From positions 9,238,001-9,302,000 of the forward strand of contig CM022679.1 in NCBI GenBank assembly GCA_012295275.1: a stretch of 64,000 nucleotides of DNA. The letters run 5' to 3'. Shown piece by piece: positions 54,604 to 64,000 of the stretch. The notes under the pieces were generated by a model, which was not told where the DNA came from, did no database searches, and worked only from the letters and a program-made list of their open reading frames with translations. The stretch's first letter is position 1; each line of letters starts with the position of its first letter. The translations under genes were made by a program, and so were the position numbers. Source of the DNA: Chrysomallon squamiferum. Taxonomy: Eukaryota; Animalia; Mollusca.

Positions 54604-55729
54604 TATAAAAAAAACATTAAAAAATTTGCGACCAAACTCTGTTGTTATATATATTGCAAATTTCAGAACTGTATTTTGATTTTCTGGATTTGGAAAACCA
54701 ACAAACTACAAAAACAAAAGGCATGAACAGAAATTAAGAAAGATTTCAGACATTCACGCTTAATGATTCGCTCATTTAATGTAGATGCTACTCTATCTAA
54801 TCACAGACACTCTGTTAGTAGAAAAATGATATGTAAAGAGCATTTGAAAATTCGTTCTTATCTTTGCCAGATAAAGCATTTCAACGCAAAGGCCGTTAAG
54901 TACTAAGTGATTTAGTATAAACTTCTTTTTTTAGCTTTTTAAAATTTAAACACACACACACAGACAGACACAAATTTAAAAAAAAGAAATGGAGGTCATA
55001 TTCTCGTGTATAAACGTGTCGGAGAGGATAAATCGAATAAGTAAAGGATAAAAATCGGAAGAAGATTTGGAAATGCCCATACACACCATCATAAATAGAT
55101 TTGCAGGCAGAACATTTTATTTTCTCATTATGTGTTCTTATATTTTATAACACTGGCGTTTGAGGTAATTTTTAATTCACAATATTTTACAGACGATAAC
55201 CGTTCATTTATAATAATCAAAATGCGATTTATATTAGCTGTACAATTATATTTCTCTATCGCGATACTGTTCTTTCTTCAAGAAACGAGATTAATATAAT
55301 TGTATTCCTCGAAATTAACGAGTATTAGTTTGATAAAATGATGAAATCTGATCGTGCTCAATTAATTATCACCTAGATAAGATGGAGTAACTGTAGGGTT
55401 TTAAATACTTTCATTTATTTTTCACTGAAGGATTCATTTTAATTAGTATTAATGGATTTTTATTGCTTCCTTTTATTATTTAATGTAAAAATGACTTTAA
55501 TGGTCTAATTTAATATAGATGGCATCTGTAATACATAAAAAAAACATTTTAGTTTCACGCATTCAACTTATTTTAAAGTTTATTTGTGGAGAGATGCAGG
55601 AACAGTTTAAATACTTCGACGTTTCGATGGTGTTGTTACTTCTACCGTCCAGTCTTAATCAATAACGAAGTAAACACCAAAACTGTAGTTTAAAAACATA
55701 TGGGCATTGCCATCATTCTGTAGTTATGT

Positions 55730-55800
55730 CGTCATCGCGTAGACTGGATATATACACGTACGCGATGACGTCACTTCTTATAAATAATAAAATGGCGGCG
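55730..55800 (+). promoter_or_regulatory. Promoter-like motif cluster: 12-bp inverted repeat, full CRE, TATA, YY1
   Basis: CGTCATCGCGTA (55730-41) pairs with TACGCGATGACG (55759-70). TGACGTCA is at 55766-73, TATAAA at 55779-84 and AAAATGGCGGCG at 55789-55800. Confidence 0.45.
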
Positions 55801-56844
55801 TTTTCGTCTGTTCTGTTTTCTTTCTTTTTTTTTTCTTTTTTTTGGTAACAGTATTTTTGTGTGTATGTGTGTGACTCTTAGTCATGAACGATTATAGATC
55901 GTCCAAAATCAGTAAAATAACAATATGGAAATAAATTAATTTGATTAGACGATTTATTCGTACATTTTACAGGTACATTTTAAATATAGAATGGAATACC
56001 TAGCAAGTTAGCACTGAAAAGCGACATAGAGAAATAATTACATTACCATATCTCGGTTAGGAACCTACGCATTGGTTTTTTTTATTGTGGTTTATTTTTT
56101 TATTTTTTATTTTTTTTGAGCGCGGGAAAGTATATAACCAGAAATATTCATAAATTCTCCATGATAAGATAGCTGTGCCCGGATGATAATCATCGTTCGC
56201 GCTACATCGAAGGAGTACACATCCAGAAATAATGAGCCTACCGTTACAGCCATGGGAAAGTTCCGCTGCTAAAGATACGCACAAAAACATTCACAATAAT
56301 ATTTATTATGACCGCAGTTTTTCGTTATCTTCGTAGATGTTCTTTCAGCAAATGTGGCAGAAGTGCTTGCTCTGGAATACTTCAGACATTATTTCAAATA
56401 CTGCATTCAGTCAGTATGACATGTTACAGTAAATATTGAGTCTGCGTTATTCTTTTCTTTTCTTTTTAATTTAGAAATACATGTAATGTGCAAAAAGTAA
56501 AGAAACAAAAAACATTTTAATTTTGGAACGTGTCTTTTTTTATTTAAGCTGTATTAAACAAACAAGATAATGTTTGTATGAAACAAGACGGATTTTTATT
56601 TGTTTAAAATGTACGTTACGATCAGGAGAAAAAGGAAATCAAAATCATATATATATATATATATATACAAAAAAATGGAATAGCGATTCTGTATTAAAAC
56701 ACTATTTAAAAATTAAAACCTGTCACATGAATCTACAAAACCCAAAGTTATACTAAATTAATAAGCAAATTACATCGCCGATTTTCTTTACAGTGGAACA
56801 GCAGGTCTTGCAACTTTTCGTTGGTATGTACGTGATTTAAAAAA

Positions 56845-56884
<40 letters not shown>

Positions 56885-56965
56885 GATTAGGCTAGAAGCA
56901 ACTCATACAGCACTGATCTGTAATACCTCAACCCAGCTCTCTAACCACTGAACTTCGGCTCACTG
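56885..56965 (-). mobile_element. Possible degenerate tRNA-derived SINE head
   Basis: The minus strand reads AGTTCAGTGGTTAGAG, resembling a Pol III A box (TAGCTCAGTGGTTAGAG). No clear B box. Confidence 0.25.
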
Positions 56966-59559
56966 TTTCAAAACAAATCTGTTTTCTCAATATAAATATC
57001 ATGTTTATTACACACCTAACAGACTGGATTATTAGCTCCGATCTTGACCTCACCGGCTGAAAGAAAATACGAAATACAGAGATAAACAATATTTATGTGG
57101 CAGATGATCTGGAGCTGTAGAAGCAGAATGTTTGTCTTAACGTGCGGTTTCCCCAACGATAGACGCGCTAGACAAATCGTAATATTTGTTTTGAGAAATC
57201 TTTCTTCACAGGTGCCAACTACTGACTCCAAGCCAGCGTAACAGCACTGATGTATATCCTCAACATCTCATCTATGAATGACAGGTAGCCAGCCGATCAG
57301 ACCGTTCGAATGAACAAGACTGTGAAAGATAACCAAGATTTTGTTGTTTTGTTTTTTAAATGTGTGATATGCTGTAAAATATATATTTTATATCACTACA
57401 CTAAAAATTACAATTATTAATTACTGCAAGGGAATTGATTAATTACTAAATCATTAACCAACACCAGCTGTATTGTTTTTGTGTTTTTTTGTGACGTATA
57501 CGCATTCGTTTTTCGTCAAGGGTATTTATTTAATGAGGATAAAGTTAACTTTCAACCAAGCAATTCTAGAGAATGAGCTGTTACGATTGAAATAAATACG
57601 TTACTCAAGCCCGCAGGTTTGTATTATTTAATATATTATTTAAATAATTACGTGTCTGGCTCGATAATTTTGTATTTTTCAAAATGGTCGACAAAAACAT
57701 TGAACACATGATGATCTTAGACAAGGTTTGATAAATGTTTTTAATCAACTGAAATAATAAATATTTGCGCAAATAAAACACTTACACAACATATCCCTTT
57801 AATTAATAATTTATAATTTTCCTAACTAATGAAATTCTGATGTTCAGGAAGCGATAAATATTCTATTTTAAATTTTCTTTTTCTGAACAGGCATATATCC
57901 TACCTGTAATATAATTTATCTAAATCAGTGTAAAGGTTTTGGCAAGAGAAACAGCTTTATTCGTGGATATAAATAATGAATACTTTTATCAGTTAAAAGT
58001 GTTTTGAAGAAGAACAACTATATATGTGATGTACAGAAATATCTTTGTGAATTTAAATTTAAAATGTAAGGTATATAAATAACATATGCACTTGAACTTT
58101 TATTTTAATATGAACTAAGAATAATAAACTTTTGGAAACACTTGCTAATCTGTTTCACTATTGTTTTCTTATTTATTTGGATATATATATTTTAAAGTGT
58201 TATTTCTTCTTTTTAAAATGAAAATCCTACGACCTTTTCACTTATATTGTGAAACATTCCACTATCAAATGGGATATATATATATATATATATATTTTTT
58301 TTTTTTTAAATAAAAGACATGAATAACCAAAACTCCATTCAACAGTGGGCATATTTTTTAATGTCCAAATTGTAATTATATAATTATTGTACCTTGGTTC
58401 CGATTTTCTGAAAACTGCTGCTCCACCTTTCCAGCCATTTCAACGAACTCATATAAACCATATATTGCAAAAAGTAAATAAATGCCATAACTATGAACAA
58501 AATATAATGTACTGACTTAAAATGAATATTAAATTTATATATATGGACCAAAAGACCAAAGTTTGTAGAAAATATGTGTAATGTACATTATTATTATTAT
58601 TATTATCTGTTTCAATTAATATGTTTTCATTACAACTACAATTGAAAATGAAAACATTTTAGGATTATTTTTTAATATATTAAAAAATATATTTTTTTTC
58701 AACGTTAAAAGACAGACATTTCACACCATCTTAAATAATAAAAAAAATTACTTTATTTTATTCCTTTGATCGCTACACATCTAGTTTTCTAGAAAGTTCA
58801 TTCAACATAAAAGAGAATTATTTATCGATTTATTTTAATATTTCTTGTAAATTATTAATTCTGACATAAGTTTTCTTTTACGGACAGGACTGTAAGGTTT
58901 TATTTACCATTGTTATACATTTTTCAAAAACCAAACATACTGTATCTATGTACATTTATATTTACAATTTAATTACAATGAAAAATGGATGATTAATATA
59001 AATGAAAAAAAATGAAAAAAAGAAAGAGTTTTAACTCCAAAACAAATACTACATAAAAATAACAAAGAAAAATAAAACTAATGAAGCGAATCGTGAGAAA
59101 AATTAAAAGAAAATGTTTTATAAAAAATGTTTTGATTATGGCACATTGTGCTTTATTGTTAAATGATGTAACAATGTCTTGTTTTGGATGGTCAGTTACA
59201 CCGAACATAAATAAATGTTACTACTGTCCACGCATTATATACATCGAAAGAAACAAATCCCATATTTTAAAAAAAAATGTCAAGCATGAGCGTACAAACA
59301 AAGTAGAAAAGATGAAACACCTTTATTAATGTACACAAACAAGTTTTATCATTTTCACTGGTTAACAAAATTGTAGAAAAAAAACAAACAAAAAAAAAAA
59401 AAAAAATCAACAAAAAAAAACAATGACAGTCATTTTAAATGTTATCCACCTGATAATGTACACGGGGTATTTCATTTTATTTTGTATGTCATTTCAAACT
59501 GAAATGTCATTTCCATTTCTAATCTAAATTTATTTGTGTAATTTTTAATTAACGGTAAT

Positions 59560-59731
59560 TAAAATATCTGAAACTGAACTATTTTGCAGATGTTGGTGTT
59601 TTACGTCAAAAAGATGATCTAACCTCTATATTCTGCTAACAAGGAGATGACAAGAGAAAACCATTGGAGACACACCGAACCATCCAGCCTGACAGTATTC
59701 TCTGAATGATGCCGAAATCCACTTCACAGCT
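59560..59731 (-). other. Candidate downstream (probably 3'-UTR) exon of the right-edge gene
   Basis: A strong acceptor GTTTTGTTTTTGTTCTTTTTCAG| at 59732 is followed by GC-richer sequence. The 3' end is approximate. Confidence 0.4.
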
Positions 59732-62700
59732 CTGAAAAAGAACAAAAAACAAAACGTCTATTTTAATTACAATGCAAAGTCAAGAAAAATAAAGATATAA
59801 AGACAATACCCTCCCTGTTGTCGTCTATAATTTTTTTCTTTTTCTTTTTCTTTTTTTGCTTTATATATTTGCTTTTCTATTTTTTTTTTCCTTTCTTGCT
59901 TCAAACAGAGAGAGAAATCCCACATTCCACAAACAACAACAACAACAACAACAACAACAAATAATAATAATAATAATAATAAATAGAGATTTTCAAGAAG
60001 AAATACTGATACAAATACTGTTCACAAACTGTGAAGGAACCATTTTGGAAAAAATACTGAAAATATGATTTCCAGAACTGAAAGCGTCTAACACGGTTGT
60101 CTGTGTGGTTTGTGAGATTTTTCCCTCGGTACAAAAATAACATATTTTATATCACACAGAGGATTGTTTTGCAAACTAGTATATTGCATAGATATCACCC
60201 ACCTCTGAAAAAAAGTACACCTGTGAGATGAAACGTTGCTGTGGATTTCACAAATTGGTGTTCCAATTCCTCGACACCTCCTAGGCAAAGCACGGTTGTA
60301 TGGCTGAATAACTCGTGGAATAGAAACTGGACAATTTAGTTTACAAACAGCCACCACACGTGTTAAAAGTATTTTTGACCACATATTACACACTAGCATT
60401 GGGGGATGGACGGGGTGGTGCAATACTTTGGGTATTTTTTTTTCTTTTTAAGTAACTGTTTGGAAGTTATAGGAGCTATGCTATGCTATGCAAAATAACA
60501 AACCTCATGGGAGACAAAAGTTATTAAAAAAAAAAAAAAAAAAAAAATAAACAAAATATTAAATAAAAAAAATAAAAATAAAAAAAATAATAATAGGGGT
60601 ATAGTTTGTCTTAAACAATCTTGAATATCAATTGTCTCTATTTTGTAAACTTAAATCTAAAGTTAGAAAATAAAACTATTCATGTTGGAGGGGAGAAATC
60701 GTTGCAACAAAGCAAGAAGGTAAACAGAATTTGCTTAGCTTTCACGTGGTTTCAAAAAACAAGTATATGTATATATTAAAATCCCATAAATTAGTTTTAT
60801 CTACGTATCAAACATTTTGGAATATCGAGTTCATTTTTTCAAATTTTATTTTATTTCTTTGTTTGTTTATTTTTTGTTACTGTTGACATTTATTATTTAT
60901 TTATTTTTGATTTTTGTGAATTAAACTATTTTATCATCCTAATGATTAAACTGATTAAATTACTTAGTATGAATGTGCATTTCAAAAAGAATTTTTTCCC
61001 ACCAGCTCCTAACCCTTGCTAAATTTTAAAATCATTTCAGATAGTTATTTTCTTAACAATTATTTTTAATAATTTATTTCAAATCAGTTTTTAAAGCCAG
61101 TTTTACAAATATTTAAAAAATTATTTAAGCAGGTATTTTTTTGTATTGTTTTAAAAAGTATGATTTTATTGCATAAAACAACTGATTAACACAGGTACCT
61201 GTTTTTGAAAGTAAACTATTTTTCTCATGGCATTTTTCTCAATTCTATGAACATAATTAGTACATTTGCGCTAAAATACATTTTAAAAGTGAAAATAACA
61301 ATATTCAGGATTGTGTCAAAAAAACTGCATCAGGCATTATGCATTTTCAAAAAATAATATGCTGAAGCCAGAAAAAGTCCTTTTTTTTTAAAAATGCATT
61401 ACTGATGTAAACACCTGACTTTTACAGGTAACTGATAAAATATAATCACTTTCTAACTCATTTTGGACTGTTGAAGCAGTGTGAAAGGAAAATAAAAATT
61501 AAAGTACTGTTGTGAATTTGTTAAAATGTATTTCGTCCGTATGTTAAGAACTTAGATCATGATATCCTCCAACAAAAAATGTTTAAAGGTACAAATGTCT
61601 ATGAATTTAAAGCTGATATCTGAAGGGCAATTTTACTGCAGTAATCAGTTTTCTGGACTACAATTTATTATCCAGCAATTCTGGATTTTTCTGACACTGT
61701 ATTGCTTTGCATAACTATTTATTGCAGTGAAAATTATTGGACACTGAAACAAAGTATTTGATAATAACTCCCAATAAAATGACATGGATTATACATTTTT
61801 ATGAAAATTTAAAAACAATTTTTTTTTTTTGTTTGTTTTTTAACTAAATAATAAAAACAAAATAAAATAATAACTAAAAAAAACTAAAAAAAAAAAACCC
61901 AAGTCACCGTTTTTCCACTTTTCAGAAGTAATACAATACATAAATTCTGTCACCACAAGAAATACCTGTATAAATAAACTTTGAAATTCCACAAATATCA
62001 AATGATCATCGCTGGTGACTGTCGCATCCCTGGTAACATGATCAGCTTGTGTATGGTGACTGTTAAACGGCAACAAAGTCTACTTCACTTCACCTTAACA
62101 TCATCACACACACGTCATCAAACCAAAACATGGCTCAAACTTAGCATTAATTTGTTATGTGTATCATTAAACAAAAGAAAGAAAAACTTACAATGAAATT
62201 TGTTTTTTTTCTTTTTTACAAGAGATACATGAAAAAAGAAATGTGCCATTTACAAGAGTAATGTTTGTACAATTAAAAAAAAAAACATTACTAGTAACAG
62301 AGATACCAGAATTCATAATGCTAAAAATCTCAATGATTTTGTAAAAGAAGAAATATCAGGAATCTTGGATAAACAAGCTGTAATTAAAATTATTAAATAA
62401 GCTTATGAGTCAACTCAGTTTTTATCAAAAGCCTTTTTACATTTGACACCTGTATTTTTAAGTGAAAATCAGAGACTTTATATAAAGAAAGACTTAGATT
62501 GATCAACTGTACAGTGAGGGTTAAAAGTCCTTCCAAAACTTTTACTTGGTCTGCATATAACTTTCTTTTCCTTTTGTTCTAACCAAAAAAAACAGTTACT
62601 GGAGTGTACTGAAAACAAATACTAGTAATATTCTCTGAATGAGGTTTTTAATGCACAAAAACCAAAATGATCTTCAGGATATTTTAACAAATAAAATGGT

Positions 62701-63527
62701 TATATGTGAATCCAGAATGAAGTGACGTTACACATCAATGTGTTTGTTGTCAGTCTAAATCGACCCCTCTTTATAGGATTTTCACTCATTTCCTGTCATG
62801 TTCTTTGTTCATGTATTTCTCAAATTAATGTTAAAAATTCTTGTCAGTACAGATTATACTTCTATCATTCTTTTCCTGGCATCTAGAACATGCTGTGCAG
62901 CTATGATGCATTAGTGTTTTATAGACTAATTTAGTCTATAAAATAATTATCTAAATGAATCTGCACACGATGCTTTTTCACATATTACTAATTTTAATAC
63001 CATCTGTTAAATAAATAATGTATTCAGAATCCCATTTTCTTTGACTAAAGACATTTGATTATTTGTTCATTTTAAACACATAATTTGAAATTTATGCAGT
63101 CACTTAGAGCTTTACTGTTGTTAAAAAAAGATTTAGGAAACTAAGAAAATAAAAGTGAATATTTGAATACATTAAAGAACATCAAATTCAAGGACCTTTG
63201 GACTAAGACACAGGAATATTTGTAATTATTTTTCTTATGACAAATTGATTTCTGTCCAAAAATAAACAATATGTAATATTTTAATAGTTTCTGCTTTCTT
63301 TTTGACAAATCGTTAATTAGAAATTATTTTATACAGACTTAAAGTGGTGTTCATATTCAAATCATTGTTAAAAGCACTGATGTCCTTGCAGAAATTTAAA
63401 AAAACAATTAAATAATAAAAAAAAACATTTGCAGTCTAATAGCTGCACTGCATGTTTAAAATTAAAAAAAAATGTTAGAAAAGCTTTCAAATTTTTAAAA
63501 GCTGATGTTAATCTAGAAGAAAGATGG

Positions 63528-63559
<32 letters not shown>

Positions 63560-63798
63560 GAAAAAAAAAAAGATTGTAGATCAACAAAATATTAATATAA
63601 ATGATTTAAACAAAATGAGAACATAATACATAAAAAAGGAACTTCTAACCTGACCTACAAAATATATTTCCAATCATTTTTTTTTTTTTTTTCCCTTTCA
63701 GAGAATGGCACTCACCTGAGAAACTGAAAAGGAAATGTTGTGCACATGAGGAAAGAAATCATCTATAAAGAACACTTACCTTTATTAGAAATGGTACC

Positions 63799-64000
63799 TC
63801 AATGATCTGGAGAAATATTCTCACTCTGCGATGCACCGTTATCAAGCTGCCGAGTGGTAATGTCTTGTGAATAGTTTTCATCTTCAGTTTTGTCGCTTTC
63901 CATCTCATTCGACTGGTATTGCTTTGTTGGGGAATGGCTACTTCTGTCACATGACAGTCTTGTTTCGTCTTCAGATTTGCTCCGTTTCTCTCTAGATATG
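63799..64000 (-). CDS. Likely last coding exon of an unidentified gene entering from the right edge (disordered S/E/D-rich tail)
   Basis: Open frame ...SREKRSKSEDETRLSCDRSSHSPTKQYQSNEMESDKTEDENYSQDITTRQLDNGASQSENISPDH* with coding-like composition. It is followed by a strong donor AAG|GTAAGT at 63780/63779. A second frame is also open, so the frame call is uncertain. Confidence 0.55.
   Translation of the reverse strand, partial: ISREKRSKSEDETRLSCDRSSHSPTKQYQSNEMESDKTEDENYSQDITTRQLDNGASQSENISPDH

Noticed and set aside
60088-60423. 111-aa minus-strand ORF
   Set aside because: It has a non-ATG start, no recognisable domain and no convincing flanking splice sites.

Overview
AT-rich, microsatellite-rich, intron-dense eukaryotic DNA, probably an invertebrate and possibly a mollusc (taxon is inferred). 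Most ORF-track entries are microsatellite artefacts, so I rebuilt the genes by hand from splice sites and reading phase. (1) The 5' part of ZNF207/BuGZ lies on the minus strand (ATG 3144, running off the left edge), with a U12-type first intron. (2) A divergent plus-strand gene (7413-26754, 21-22 coding exons) encodes a CARD + coiled-coil + SH3 + degenerate GUK protein. It is CARMA/CARD11-like with no visible PDZ, and may also make a CARD9-like short isoform. Its CARD exon-2 splice acceptor is amplified about 19 times as a 39-nt tandem array. (3) SCPEP1 serine carboxypeptidase is on the minus strand (12 exons, 442 aa). (4) A 4-exon minus-strand gene (40090-53670, 340 aa) encodes a secreted Frizzled-CRD protein whose C-terminus is two FG-GAP/calcium-blade-like 'DYCR' repeats instead of a netrin domain. 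(5) The 3' end of an unidentified minus-strand gene sits at the right edge, with probable 3'-UTR splicing. There is also a hAT-like MITE and several minisatellites, some of them anchored at exon boundaries.
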